Shown here one piece after another: positions 20,116 through 32,074 of a DNA stretch of 64,000 bases. A model generated the notes under the pieces. The model ran no database searches. It saw only the letters and a program-made list of their open reading frames with translations, and had not been told where the DNA came from. Position numbers and translations under genes: made by a program. This DNA comes from Spirochaetia bacterium (GTDB taxonomy: Bacteria; Spirochaetota; Spirochaetia; DSM-16054; Sediminispirochaetaceae): contig JAXHMY010000001.1 in assembly GCA_034520965.1 (NCBI GenBank), positions 928,001 to 992,000 on the forward strand, in the 5' to 3' direction. Position 1 is the stretch's first letter; each line of letters opens with the position of its first letter.

Positions 20116-20421
20116 GGTCGAACTCTGTTTAGGAAGCGCCTGTTACAGCCGTGGAAACGGTGAGGCAATCGATATACTGGAAGAGTTTGTACATACTGAG
20201 GCCCTTGAGGAGCTTGTCTCCCTCAAGGGCCGCCTTTGAAAGAAGAGTGTGCCCGGGGCCCCTGTATCCGCTTGAACGGCACCCTTTACACCGGTGTTCG
20301 CCCCGAGTGCGCGGTAGATTTGCTGCGCTATCACTTACAACAGCCCGGGACAGAAGACACGCAGGCTGTAACGAAGCCTGGAGGTTCGGAGAAAACCCAA
20401 AAGGAGGGGCCACAGTCATGA
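20096..20421 (+). CDS. Thioredoxin-like [2Fe-2S] ferredoxin (HfsA-like); frameshift near 20238
   Basis: Manual translation: MQLHKVEVELCLGSACYSRGN...LKGRL then KEECARGPCIRLNG. Confidence 0.75.
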
Positions 20422-22228
20422 AACCGGCGATTTACACTGAAAAGACCGAGTGCCGCGACTGCTATAAATGCGTTCGTGAATGCCCGGTTAAGGCGATTCG
20501 CGTAAAAAACTCCAGTGCGATGATTGACCATGATCGCTGCATCTTCTGCGGGCGCTGCGTGCATGTCTGTCCAGCCTCCGCCAAGCGGGTACGCCGGGAC
20601 CTACCGCGGGCACAGCAGCTTCTGAAGCTGAAACAGAGAGTGTTTGTTTCTCTGGCCCCCTCCTTTCCTGTGTATTTTACCGCCTCCGCGGAGCAGCTGA
20701 TCGATGCCTTTCAGCAGTTGGGCTGTGCAGGAGTCTCGGAAACGGCCCTCGGGGCCGATACAATTACCAGCCTCCAGAATCAGCACATCGCCGAAACTTC
20801 GCCTCCCGGTGCGTCCAGTGCTTCCGGTTCTTCCAGCGTGTTGTTTTCAAGCGCCTGCCCTCCGGTGGTCGAACTTATTCGAAAATACTTCCCCGATATG
20901 ACCGAAAATCTGGTTCCCCTCCACTCTCCAATGGTCGCCCACGGGCTTCTGCTCCGGAAGTTTTACGGTGAGGATATCGGGATTGTATTCGTAGGGCCCT
21001 GCATAGCAAAAAAACACGAGGCCGACCAGTATCCCGATATAATTGATGTTGCCTTGAGCTTTGAAGAGGCCAACCAGTGGCTAAAAGCAGCAGGAATAAA
21101 TATGCCGCAACAAGCGGAAGCAGTCCCTCCGTCCGCCTTTAGCCCCGACCCTATCTTCGCTTTTGTACCCTTCCGAGCTGGGGCGGCCCAGCTGTTTCCC
21201 ATTGAAGGGGGAATGAAAACCGCCATGGAACGGAGCTCCAGTGCACCGGATGCCGTGTTTGTACAATCGGGCATTCATGCTATTCAGAACAGCCTAGAGG
21301 CATACTCCCGTTACACCGGAACTACCCGCTCTTTTTGCGAACTCCTGGCATGCTCCGGGGGCTGTATAGACGGCTGCGGTTTCAGTTCCGATCTGCCCCT
21401 GGCCGAAAGACATCAGAAGGTAGTGGCATCCGCCGAGAGTACAGCGCAGACAGCAGAGGCAAGCGAACAGATTATATGGAAAGTTCCGCGGGAGAATTAT
21501 TACCGCAGCTACAGCAGGGCGCCGGCGGATGATACCAATAAATATTCCGACCAGGAGATTCTGGAGGCCCTGCGCAGACTCGACAAATCCCATCCTGAGG
21601 ACCTTAAAAACTGCGGCGGCTGCGGCTACAACACCTGCCGCGACTTCGCTGCGGCCTGGCTGGCGGGAATGGCCGAGAAGGAGATGTGCGTAACAGAAAT
21701 GCGAAAGATGGCCCAGCGAAAGGCCAATGCCCTCATTCGCAAAATTCCACTTGGCATAGCACTTATCAATAATGAGGAAAAAATTGTCGAGTGCAACGCC
21801 CGCTTCTCTCTCTGTTCTGTGATTTTCCGGATGAACCGAGTGAAGAGCAAGTTACCCGCACCTACGGCAGCCCGGTCTCCAACTTTCTTGATGAACCCCA
21901 GCTGCTGCAAAACGTACTCACCGGCAGAGTAAGCCAGGAGCAGATTCTAAGGACCGCCGACAGGATACTCGAATCACACTGTTTCAGTATTCAACCCGGA
22001 CGCTTAGTAGGGATCACCCTGCATGATATCACCACTTCATCGGTAAAAAGAGGCATGGTAGTAAGCCAGGCCCAGGAGGTAATACGAAAGAACCTCAGCA
22101 GTGTGCAGCAGATAGCCGGCCTGCTGGGAGAAAACGCCGCAGAGACCGAGATACTACTGAACCAGCTTATCGAAACCTTTGATCCTGGAAACCTGCCCAA
22201 CGGAAAGCCCAAAGGAGCAGGAGAATGA
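20418..22228 (+). CDS. Group C sensory [FeFe]-hydrogenase with PAS domain (HfsB/HydS); frameshift near 21810
   Basis: Two CxxCxxCxxxCP ferredoxin motifs; H-cluster motifs SSACP, GPCIAKKHE, ELLACSGGC; NCGGCGYNTC; PAS; QQIAGLLGENAAET tail. Confidence 0.88.
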
Positions 22229-23409
22229 AGGGCTTTTTAGATATCGATTGCAGCCGGATTTTTAAAAATCAGGCCGACATTAGCGGCGACGTGTTTCTTA
22301 CCAACCGACAGGATATACCTGAGCGGCTGGTCTGTACCCTTTCCGATGGCCTCGGGAGCGGGGTGAAAGCGAATGTACTGGCCAACCTTACCGCCACAAT
22401 GGCCCAGAAGTATGTGCTGAATAATATTGACCTCGAGCGCGCAGCCAGGATTATTATGGATACCCTGCCGGTGTGCAGCCGTCGAAAAATCAGTTATTCC
22501 ACCTTTTCCATACTCGATATTGATGCACTGCGTCACGGTAGGATAATTGAATACGATAATCCAAGTTATATTTACATGAGGGGCAGCCGCTTGGTTGAGC
22601 CGGAGAAGCGGGAGATTAGCCTGGGACGGGATGAGAATGCGGCCCGTCAAAGAATACTCCACTATTCCGAGGTCAAACTTGAAGTGGGCGATCGCCTGAT
22701 TGTATGTACCGACGGGGTAACCCAGAGCGGGATGGGCAGCCGGCGCCATCCCTTGGGCTGGCGCCGGGATAAACTGATCAATTTTGTTCAAAGCCAAATT
22801 GAGCAGAAACCGGAAATTTCAGCTCGAGAACTGGGGGCGGCGATAACCCGCCGGGCCCACTCCGTAGACGGTTTCAGCTCCAAGGACGACATTACCTGCA
22901 GTGTACTGTACTGCCGCCGGCCGCGGCACACCCTGGTGGTAAGCGGTCCTCCCTTTGATATGGCCAAGGATAATTACCTGCTGAACCGCATCCGTCAATT
23001 CGGCGGCAAACGGATCATTTGCGGAGGCACCACCGCTACCATTGCAGCCGAACGCCTAGGTACCAGCCCAAGGGTGGATATCTCCACCCGAGGCAGCGAA
23101 ATTCCACCGATTGCCCATATGGAGGGCTTCGATTTAGTGACGGAGGGTATGCTGACCCTCAACAAAACCGCCGCCCTGCTGCAGGAACACAGCCATCCCT
23201 TCGATTCTCCGAACAATGGTGCTGAGATGCTGCTAAACCAGCTCTTGGAGAGCGATCGGGTCACCTTTATTGTGGGTACCCGAATCAACGAGGCCCATCA
23301 AAACCCGGATATGCCCAAGGACATGGGCATTCGGCGCACCCTGGTACGCCGGATTTCCGACCTGCTGAAAACCAATTACCTGAAAGAGACTGAGATAGAG
23401 TTTATCTGA
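22225..23409 (+). CDS. SpoIIE/PP2C-family phosphatase (HfsC-like)
   Basis: LSDGLGSGVKAN, TDGVT, DDITC, CGGTTA. Confidence 0.88.
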   Translation: MKGFLDIDCSRIFKNQADISGDVFLTNRQDIPERLVCTLSDGLGSGVKANVLANLTATMAQKYVLNNIDLERAARIIMDTLPVCSRRKISYSTFSILDIDALRHGRIIEYDNPSYIYMRGSRLVEPEKREISLGRDENAARQRILHYSEVKLEVGDRLIVCTDGVTQSGMGSRRHPLGWRRDKLINFVQSQIEQKPEISARELGAAITRRAHSVDGFSSKDDITCSVLYCRRPRHTLVVSGPPFDMAKDNYLLNRIRQFGGKRIICGGTTATIAAERLGTSPRVDISTRGSEIPPIAHMEGFDLVTEGMLTLNKTAALLQEHSHPFDSPNNGAEMLLNQLLESDRVTFIVGTRINEAHQNPDMPKDMGIRRTLVRRISDLLKTNYLKETEIEFI

Positions 23410-23482
23410 TCTTTATCTGATTACCGACATCTGATCGCAGGCAAGGGCGCCACAAAAGCCATAATAGCAACACAAAAGCCAT

Positions 23483-23527
23483 AAAAAAAAAGAGCGGCTC
23501 TTCTACAAATCTGCAGACGAGCCGCTC
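23483..23527 (-). terminator. Intrinsic terminator downstream of the Fe-ADH gene
   Basis: GAGCGGCTC...GAGCCGCTC stem preceded by an A-run on the + strand. Confidence 0.6.
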
Positions 23528-23588
23528 AGCATACAAAAGGAGGTTCCGGGACATCCGGGCAGTGGATTGGTCGGTGCCCCGAAACTAT

Positions 23589-24818
23589 CTAGCTTACCGC
23601 TAATTGGTCTTTCAAGGCTGCAAGGCTTTCACTGTAGATGCCCGCCACCACCTCTTTGGTCGCATCAACCGGTGCCAGACTCAGCAACAGATCGAGGCTG
23701 GGGGTGGTCATTGCAAGCTCTGTAAGACGGTCGACATCCTGGGCAGTGTATCCCTCATCTTTCAGTTTGCTGGTAACCCCAAGGTCAAAGAGCCACTTTT
23801 CAATAGCCAGGGCGAAGGCCTCGCTCTCTTCAGGGCTGCCCTTCATACCCGGTACCATTGGTGCAAACACATCGGCCAGCACTTGGCCGGAAGCCGGATA
23901 AATAGCTTTTAATACAGAGGGCAGAATCATTGCCAAGCCAAGCCCGTGGGCCAGCTCGGGTTTCACCGCCGACAAGGGGTGTTCCAGGGCATGGGTCAAA
24001 TGCAGCATACCGTTGTCAAAGCTGATTCCCGCCAGGGCCGAGGCATACAGCAGGTAATAGCGCGCCTCCAAGTCCTGGGGATCGGCAATTGCCTGGGGCA
24101 GATACTCCACAATCAGGCGTACCGTCTCCTTGGCCAGCAGTATGGAGTAGGGAGTTGCTACGGTAGTAGTAGCGGCCTCTACAATATGGTTAATAGCATC
24201 AATTGTTACAAACAGAGTCTGGTCCGCAGGAAGCCCCTGCATTAATGCCGGGTCGTCTATTGCATACAAGGGATAGATGCAGTCGTAGGCAATGGCCGGC
24301 TTGTGACCCAATTCCGGAATGCTGACCACCGCAAAGCGGTCTACTTCGGTACCGGTTCCGTGGGTCGTGTTAATGGCTATAATCGGAACTGCTTTGGTGG
24401 GGGTAAACTCGTAGGAGTAGAGCTGCCGGCAGTTATGCTGGGTATACTCCAGTAAAATGGCGGCACTTTTGGCCGCATCAATCGGGCTGCCGCCGCCGAT
24501 ACCGAATACCGCTTTCGCGCCCATCTGTTTACCAATCTCTACCGCCTCGTCCACCTGAGCGTTGTCGGGGTTGGGGGTAATACCGTTGTAGACTTTGTAG
24601 TCAATATTGTGTTTTTGCAAGGCCGGTTCAACCACGTCCCAAGCACCGCATTTTTTATACGCGCTGCGGCTGGCTACTATAAGAATCGAATCGATCCCGT
24701 CGGATGCTAGCTCTTTACAGATAGAATCTATTTTCTGAATAGCACCTACGCCCAAAAACAGATCGGTCTTGCAGCGCAGCTCTTTTACCTCGTGAATGTT
24801 CATTGCTTTTTTCCACAT
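23589..24818 (-). CDS. adhA: Iron-containing alcohol dehydrogenase, Thermoanaerobacter AdhA type
   Basis: MW...ELRCK N-terminus, GGGSPIDAAK, TTHGTGTE, HALEH, AHGLG. Confidence 0.85.
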   Translation of the reverse strand: MWKKAMNIHEVKELRCKTDLFLGVGAIQKIDSICKELASDGIDSILIVASRSAYKKCGAWDVVEPALQKHNIDYKVYNGITPNPDNAQVDEAVEIGKQMGAKAVFGIGGGSPIDAAKSAAILLEYTQHNCRQLYSYEFTPTKAVPIIAINTTHGTGTEVDRFAVVSIPELGHKPAIAYDCIYPLYAIDDPALMQGLPADQTLFVTIDAINHIVEAATTTVATPYSILLAKETVRLIVEYLPQAIADPQDLEARYYLLYASALAGISFDNGMLHLTHALEHPLSAVKPELAHGLGLAMILPSVLKAIYPASGQVLADVFAPMVPGMKGSPEESEAFALAIEKWLFDLGVTSKLKDEGYTAQDVDRLTELAMTTPSLDLLLSLAPVDATKEVVAGIYSESLAALKDQLAVS

Positions 24819-25275
24819 ATGCTTCCTCCTCGTGAAACCGGGGCGAAGGGAAAACCCAATGCTTTCCCCCTGCTCACCTTTTCGCTATCTTTATAACGAT
24901 ATAAATATATCGATAATATAAAAACTTGTCAACCCATCCACGTTCGAAAACCAAAAATTTTTGAATTTGCCTGTTTTGACTTACCAAGACCAAACGATGC
25001 AGATTACTGCAGAAACACCAGCTCCAATACACATAAATAGCTGATATACGCTGCGCCCTCCGAGCTTAGGCTCTACCACAGCAATTCCTGGGCTCCATCA
25101 TATTTTACTACCGTTATGCAGAAACAAATGATAGAATGGTAAAATGGAAATCGACAGAACACCTTTGGGAAAAGTTCAATGCTAATGAATATCAAAGCGT
25201 TATTCTAACGATTATCGTAATCCGCGGAATTGAATGTGTGTTTATTACAAAAGAAGATATCCCGGCGGCGGTGAA

Positions 25276-26298
25276 ATGGCCAAAGATCTGACAGTTTCCG
25301 GTGTTGAACGCCAAAATATTCTAAACAATCCCTATGCCCTGGAAGAAATCCGCAGCAATGTCGGTATTCACACCATCAGTTTCAAGGGAACAGCCGTCCT
25401 TACCAAGGAGCAGGTTGCCGATTTTTTTGAAGTAAGTAGCCGGACTATCGACTACTATCTGGCTCAGAACGAGGCGGAACTGAAGCAAAACGGTTACGAG
25501 GTTTTACGCGGTAAAACATTACAAGAGTTAAAGGCTATATCCGATGCGGATGTCGACGAAATGTATTTCGTTAACATCAAAAAAGCCCCTAGTCTGGGAA
25601 TTTTTGATTTTCGCGCTTTTTTAAACTTGGGTATGCTGGTTGCAGAAAGCGAAAAAGCCCGAGTTCTCCGTCAGATGATATTGGACATTGTCATCGACAC
25701 TATTAACAAGCGAACTGGCGGCTCAACAAAATATGTGAATCAGCGGGACGAAAACTTTATAATCTCTTATTTTCAAGAAGAGAACTACCGAAAGAGTTCA
25801 CCGCCGCACTGAAGAATTATCTGGACATGGGAAAGTTCAAGTATCCCCTCTATACCGACAAAATTTATGTGAGTATTTTCAAAGAAAATTCCAGGGAATA
25901 CCGGAGAATCCTTAGGCTCCATGAAAAAGACAAGGTGCGCAACACCTTCTACTCCGAGATTCTCGATCTGGTGGCTTCCTGACGAGTACGGCTTTGCCAA
26001 GACACTGGAAGAAACCTATAAAAAGAAAGGGGCCAAGCTTACCGCTTTTGAAGCGGACGCCCTTTTCGCCGAATTCGAAAAACAGCCCCACTGGAAGCCC
26101 CTGGTTGAACGGGCGAGAAACAAAATGGCCAGCCGGGATCTGGCATTTCGGGATGCCCTACACATGCAGCTAAAGGAGTATATTTCTCCGATAGAAGCAG
26201 ATGAGTTTGAACGATTTATCGGCCAAAAAAGCAAGGAGCTGGCGGAACGATTGGAGGAGGCTAAGGATGTGTTCAAACGGCTGAAGGAGCGGGATTGA
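25276..26298 (+). CDS. Putative DNA-binding protein; indels near 25795 and 25980
   Basis: HTH-like TKEQVADFFEVSSRTIDYYL; a middle frame bridges the two listed ORFs. Confidence 0.65.
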
Positions 26299-26735
26299 AG
26301 CATACCGTTTATATTCCCATCGAAAATGCCCTCGAAGTCTACCACAAGACCATAGAGGTAAGTGGCGGAGGATCAGACAGAATACTGGATATAGGCAGAC
26401 TGGAAAGCATTTTGGCCCATATTCAGAATGACACCTACTATCCGGAGTTTGTAGACAAACTGACCCACCTGTTTTTCTGTTCCAACAAGTTTCATTGCTT
26501 TGAAGACGGAAATAAGCGTATTGCTATTTCTCTAGGTGCACAGTTTCTGATTTTAAATGGCTATGTTTTTGTAGTCTCCCGTTTTATTCGCGAAATGGAA
26601 AATATCAGTTATCATCTGGCCGCAGGAAAAATTGATAAGGATCTCTTGAGAGAGATCATTCAGGCAGTAATTTACGATAATATGGATGATGAGAAAATTA
26701 AATTGAAAATACTAGAAGCAATCAGGAGAGACTAA
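26295..26735 (+). CDS. Fic/Doc-family protein
   Basis: HCFEDGNKR Fic motif; start overlaps the upstream stop. Confidence 0.88.
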   Translation: MKHTVYIPIENALEVYHKTIEVSGGGSDRILDIGRLESILAHIQNDTYYPEFVDKLTHLFFCSNKFHCFEDGNKRIAISLGAQFLILNGYVFVVSRFIREMENISYHLAAGKIDKDLLREIIQAVIYDNMDDEKIKLKILEAIRRD

Positions 26736-26790
26736 TGAAACTACTATAATTGACCAAGGTCTGTTCAAAAGCTGATATTGTGTTTAGGTG

Positions 26791-26827
26791 AGGCTCTTTC
26801 AAAAATCTCTGATTTTTGAAAGAGCCT
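26791..26827. repeat. Hairpin with 17-bp perfect arms
   Basis: AGGCTCTTTCAAAAATC-TCT-GATTTTTGAAAGAGCCT. Confidence 0.7.
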
Positions 26828-27050
26828 TAGTTATGTATAGGTTTTTTACCCCTGCGGCTCTCAATTAAAGACAACCCGCCTAAGGCCGCACAGGAGAAGA
26901 GGGAAAGCCCCGCCATGAGCAGCCAAACCCAGACCACCGAATACAGTTTGATAAACTTACCCATCACCGGTGGGCCAATCGCGAAGCCGGTGCCGATAAT
27001 AATGGGCAGAATCGAGTTAAAGCGGCCCCGATGGCTTATGGGGGTGTGCC
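26827..27050 (-). pseudogene. C-terminal remnant of an MFS transporter
   Basis: Manual translation: PISHRGRFNSILPIIIGTGFAIGPPVMG...WLLMAGLS; no start or upstream gene body. Confidence 0.6.
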
Positions 27051-27075
27051 CGGCAGGCCTTGCCCAGCCAGGGCC

Positions 27076-29953
27076 TTACTCTATTTCCCTCTTTATAAGC
27101 TCTACCATCCGGGACAGGTCGTCCATCAAGAGCCCGGCGGAAGAAGCGGCGGCTTCCGGCTCGCCTGCATCCACCCGCTTTTCAACATCCACGGCGTGTT
27201 CCGCCGCAGTCTCCATTCCCAGGGTGTTTAGAATTCCCTTGCCCGAGTGAGCTGCCTTCTTCAGACTTTCCAAATCATACGCATCCAGGGCCGACTGCAT
27301 AGCACTCCGCAACTCCGGCCCGCGCTCTAGAAGCATATCAAACATCTGACCTATAATCTCATCATCATGTCCCTGCTGATACAGATATTCCCGAGCCTCT
27401 TTCAGCGAGGGGACCCGCTTGCTTTCCACTGCCGAGGGACCCTCAAACTGCCCCGCCTCCAACCCGGCAGCCCTTGCTCCGTCAGCTCCGCGCGCCCCCT
27501 CGGCCTCAGCCTCGGGCTTTTCCTTTTTTTCATAAACCCAATACTGAACTTTATCACGGAGCACATTTATCTGAATCGGTTTGGCAAGGTAATCATCCAT
27601 GCCCGCCTGCAAGCACATCTCACGGTCGCCTTCTAATGCGCCGGCGGTTAATGCAATAATCGGGGTGTGCCCCCCGTGCTCGGCTTCATACGCACGGATA
27701 TCGGCGGTAGCACTGTAGCCGTCTTTTCCCGGCATTTGCACATCCATTAATATGAGGTCTGGAAAGTTCTGTGTAAACAGCTCAACCGCCTCACTTCCGT
27801 CTGCAGCCTCAATTATAGTCACCTCGGTAAACATTTTTGCCAACAAGCCCTTGGCCAGCAGCATATTCGGCGAGTTGTCTTCGGCCACCAGTACGGTAAT
27901 TTTTTCAGCAGTTTTGTCAGCTTCGGAAGCTGGAACCGGATACTTCTGGCCGCTGCCCTGCACGTTGCCCGGCCCGCTGCCCGGCCCCACACTCTTCTCA
28001 TGGCCCTTGTCATGGTCCCGGTTCTGGACGCGCTCCAACACCTCCTGCAGCTGGGTCATCTTAATCGGTTTTGCCAGTCTGTAGTCAATGTGAAGCTCTT
28101 TACAGCGCTCCAAGACCCGCGGGTCATCGGCGGAGCTGTACAGAAAAATTATCGGCAGCTCTTCATGCGACAAGTTTAGATCATCACGGATTTTGGCAGC
28201 CACATCCAAACCGTCCATAAAGGGCATATGGTAATCGAGCACCGCCACATCAACCACGGCGCTGGATTTTAGATATTCAAGGGCCTCCAACCCGTTGCCT
28301 ACCGCATGGCTTTCAATTCCCCAATAATGACACATTGCATCGAGTATAGTTCGGTTGTGCCGGTTATCATCTATAATCAGGGCCGTCTTTAAAAGCAGGG
28401 GCGTGTGCTCTGTGGGCGGCTTTACCTCCTCCACAGTAAAAGCGAGGCTAAAGAAAAAGCTACTGCCCTCATTTGGAGTACTGTCAACGTGCAGATGTCC
28501 GCCCATCTGCTCTACTAAACTTTTAGATATAGATAAACCGAGGCCGGTACCTCCGTATTTGCGGGTTGTTGAATGGTCCGCCTGGGTAAAGGAGTCAAAT
28601 ATTTTTTCTCTCTGCTCCTCACTCATACCAATTCCGGTATCCCGTACCGTAAACAGCACTGTGCCCGGATTATCCGCCGATACACACCGGGCCCGCAATT
28701 CTACCTCACCCTCTTCGGTAAATTTTACCGCATTGGTCAACAAATTTGTTAATATCTGATTCAGTCTCACCGAATCAGCGGATACTAAATGGGGAAGCTC
28801 CGTGTCCAGGTCCAGGATAAGCTCGAGCCCCTTTTCGTGCGCTATAAAAGTAACAATATCCATTGCTTTTTCCAGGTGGTCCCGCAGATTCAGGGTTGTT
28901 AACTCCAGCTCCAGCCGCCCGGCCTCTATCTTTGAGAAATCCAAAATGTCGTTGATTAGCACCAACAGCGTATCGGCGGAGGAATGAACATTCTCTAAAT
29001 ACTGCCGTTGAATCGGCGTAAGACTACCGGTCAGCAGTAAATCGGTAAAACCAACCACCGCATTCATGGGAGTACGGATTTCATGGCTCATATTCAGCCA
29101 GAAAATCGCTCTTTGCCTGGCTGGCCATTTCCGCCTGGGCGGCCATCTCCCTGGCAATAACTGTTTGTTCTTCCAGATGCCAGTTGGCTTCCGCCACAGC
29201 TTCGGCGGCCTGCTTTTGCTCGGTAATATCACGTATTACTTCGATCACGCCGGTCACCTCACCGCTCTCTTTATCAAACATCGGATAGCCGTACGACTCG
29301 ACCCATTCAATCCCCTGGGCAGGGCCCCAATCTACTATACTGCTCGCCGGTTGTTTACTCTCCATAACACGTTCCACCGGGCAGTCCTTACACATGCTGG
29401 TTTTGTTTCGAAACACCTGGTAACACTTCTTACCAATCAGGGAGTCCGCCGGTCCGTACCACTCCTCCATTCTACGGTTCACATGGCGGATAGTCAGGTC
29501 GGTCTCGAGCACGATAATCCCGTCGCGAATACTCTGAAGTACCGTTTCCAGGAAGTCACTGGTTTTACGAAAATCCTCCTGAAGCTGCTTGGTGGCGGTA
29601 ATATCCGAAAAAATAGTTACAAAGTATCCTTTCTGCGGAGAGTAGGCATCTACTTTATAGTATCTCTCCTGGGGTGCCGAGTATTGCTCGAAAGTGCGGG
29701 ATTCACCGTTCTGGGCAACCTCCCCATAGTACTTTACCCAATCAAACTCACCCTCCCGCAGCGGCGGCAGTACCTGGCTCACAGACTTGTTTAAAATATC
29801 CCTTCGCGAAAGCCCGGTCAGCCTTTCAAACTCCGAGTTAACTTCTAAAAATATGTAATCCACCGGGCTGCCGTCTGCATCCGTTACTATTTGGTGATAC
29901 GCGTATCCAAAGGGCGACCGTTCAAGCAATTTTTTATAAAAATCGGTATTCAT
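27076..29953 (-). CDS. Hybrid histidine kinase PAS-PAS-HisKA-HATPase-REC-REC-HPt; frameshift near 29090
   Basis: AKSDFLA then NMSHEIRTPMN, NAVKFT, GGTGLGL, two REC domains, AHSGKG HPt. Confidence 0.9.
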
Positions 29954-30202
29954 TTATAACCTCAAAATAGTATCTAAAAACTACATTTTTACTTTTAGTG
30001 TTATTGCCTAATGAACGCAAGAAAACCGCTGAATAAATTAAAATCTCAGCAATATCATGGGTTCTTTGGACTCTTTAGGTAAATTGTAACGTCTACGGCA
30101 GGTCCCAGGCGGGAGTGTGCGGAACTACCGGTGAAACCGCCGGGGACAGCATCTGCCCTTGCCGGCGGTCACTGCGTTTCTCCAATGTCGGTGGGCCTAA
30201 GC

Positions 30203-30655
30203 CTAGCGCTCGTAGGTACCCATCAGCTGAGCCTCGCCCAGCACGTGCCCGTCAATAGTATTCAACAGTTTCTGCTTATCCAGCCCGGGTGATACATCCA
30301 GTTGAATATCCAGGGCATACAGGGTAAAAAAGTAGCGGTGTGTTCCCCCTGGAGGGCAGGGCCCGCCGTAGCCCACTTTGCCGAAACTGTTTTTGCCCTG
30401 CATTCCGCCGGGACTCGGCTGGGGATCCGTGGAAACCCCTTCAGGTAAGCTCTCAGCTTTGGCCGGGATATTGTAGTACAGCCAATGGTCAAAGGTGCCC
30501 CCCGGGGCATCCGGGTCATCGCAGATCAGTACAAAAGTCTCGGTCGCCCCGGGTGTGCCGCTCCAGCTTAAGGGCGGAGACACATCACTCCCGTCGCAGG
30601 AATATTTCCGTGGAATGGGTCGGTTGTGTTCGAAAGCCTTGCTTATCAATTGCAT
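30203..30655 (-). CDS. YbhB/YbcL (PEBP) family protein
   Basis: DDPDAP, HW, YGGPCPPGGTHRYFF. Confidence 0.93.
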   Translation of the reverse strand: MQLISKAFEHNRPIPRKYSCDGSDVSPPLSWSGTPGATETFVLICDDPDAPGGTFDHWLYYNIPAKAESLPEGVSTDPQPSPGGMQGKNSFGKVGYGGPCPPGGTHRYFFTLYALDIQLDVSPGLDKQKLLNTIDGHVLGEAQLMGTYER

Positions 30656-30706
30656 AGTCGTAACCTCCTGTGCATAAGAAAAGAATATGTAATGTGAACA
30701 GGACTC

Positions 30707-31996
30707 CTAAGCCCGGCGCTTCTCGTAGCGCTCAATCAGTGTGGTAAGGTAGCGCGATTTCATTTGCTCGCTTGCCATAAGCTGCTTCATCGGTGGGAGT
30801 TTTAGAATAACTCCTAGTACCGATGCCATAGCCCGGTGGGAGAAGTGATAGTGGTTATCAAAGATGAGGTTCTGCAGTTTCCCCCGCTCGATGGCCATCA
30901 GCACCACCCGGTGGGTGGAGTTTACCGGGCTAATCACCCTCTCCGGCCTCGGGACCAGACTCAACGCGTGTGTCGGGCAAGAACGGACACACACCCCGCA
31001 GCCGAGGCAGATATCCTCATTGATAGCGGCCACCTTGCGGTTTTTCCGGGCAGGGTCATTAGCAGAAATCAGACTCAAAGCCTCTACCGGGCAGACGCTT
31101 ACACACTTCCCACAGCCCGTGCAGTTCTCAACGGCAAGCTTCGGCAGAAAATTGCTGGTATGCACCGGCTTTAAGAAGCCGAACTTCCGGGCAGCCACCA
31201 GGGCCTCGCAGCAGCAGCCGCAGCAATTACAGATAAAGTTTACCCCCTTCTGTACATTCTCGCCAAACTGCACCAGATTGTGCTCATAGGCCTGGTCCAG
31301 CAAATCGAGGCACTCCGCCGTATCAACCTGCCGGGCAAATCCGTTGTCTATCAGCGCCGCCGCGGAGCCGTTAAAGGTCATGCAGATATCCAGCGGAGCA
31401 TCACAGGCGGTATGGGCATGCATCATTTTATGGCGGCAGTAGCAGGTTCCCACCCCGATATGGCTGGCCGTCTTCACAACCTCGCTGGCCCGCTCGTAGG
31501 GCAGCACATACAGCCCCTCACCACTCGGCAGCACCGTCTCGTTGATAAACACACGTCCCAGCTGGGTTTCGCCGTCCAGAAAAAGATCCTTAATAAAATC
31601 CTCTTCCACATTCATATACTGGTAGAACAGCTGACCCAGAGCTTTCTGGTCTACGTCTCCCCGGATGCGCATCATGGAAAACTCAAAAAACCCTGCCATA
31701 GGCGGGGGCAGCACGTATACACTTTCATCTCCCCGGGACACATCAAGCAGAATCGCCCGGGAAGCCAACCTGTCCAGCAGCTTACGGGCCTCCTTCTCCG
31801 ATACCCTCCACGCCTTGGCAGCTTTGCCGGCGGTAAATGGCTTAATCGGCAGCAGTGAAACCATCTGAGCCTCGTGCTCGTCGAAGAGGAGCTGCAGAAT
31901 TTGATAAAGGGTTTTTGACGGCGGCGCCCCCTGGGGAAAACGGTTCAGCCGGTCAACCAAGTTCTCATAGCCGGAATCAATCGTACGCTGTTCCAT
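30707..31996 (-). CDS. Multi-[4Fe-4S] protein
   Basis: CYCRH, ICNCCGCCC and two CxxCxxCxxxCP motifs. Confidence 0.85.
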   Translation of the reverse strand: MEQRTIDSGYENLVDRLNRFPQGAPPSKTLYQILQLLFDEHEAQMVSLLPIKPFTAGKAAKAWRVSEKEARKLLDRLASRAILLDVSRGDESVYVLPPPMAGFFEFSMMRIRGDVDQKALGQLFYQYMNVEEDFIKDLFLDGETQLGRVFINETVLPSGEGLYVLPYERASEVVKTASHIGVGTCYCRHKMMHAHTACDAPLDICMTFNGSAAALIDNGFARQVDTAECLDLLDQAYEHNLVQFGENVQKGVNFICNCCGCCCEALVAARKFGFLKPVHTSNFLPKLAVENCTGCGKCVSVCPVEALSLISANDPARKNRKVAAINEDICLGCGVCVRSCPTHALSLVPRPERVISPVNSTHRVVLMAIERGKLQNLIFDNHYHFSHRAMASVLGVILKLPPMKQLMASEQMKSRYLTTLIERYEKRRA

Positions 31997-32074
31997 ACCT
32001 CGATCTTAAAAGAAGAGTTACAAGAAGTCAATTTACTCTACTCAAATGCGTAATTCCTTGGTAAGCTGTAGGCA

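Noticed and set aside
20151..20417. Long N-terminal extension of the hydrogenase ORF
   Set aside because: Overlaps the frameshifted hfsA gene; the RBS supports ATG at 20418
25975..25990. Selenocysteine TGA readthrough (also at 20237)
   Set aside because: The downstream sequence continues in a different frame, so an indel explains it; no SECIS evident
30060..30200. Riboswitch or ncRNA upstream of the hybrid kinase
   Set aside because: Only a GC-rich hairpin; no aptamer consensus recognised, probably a terminator. An Rfam search would settle it
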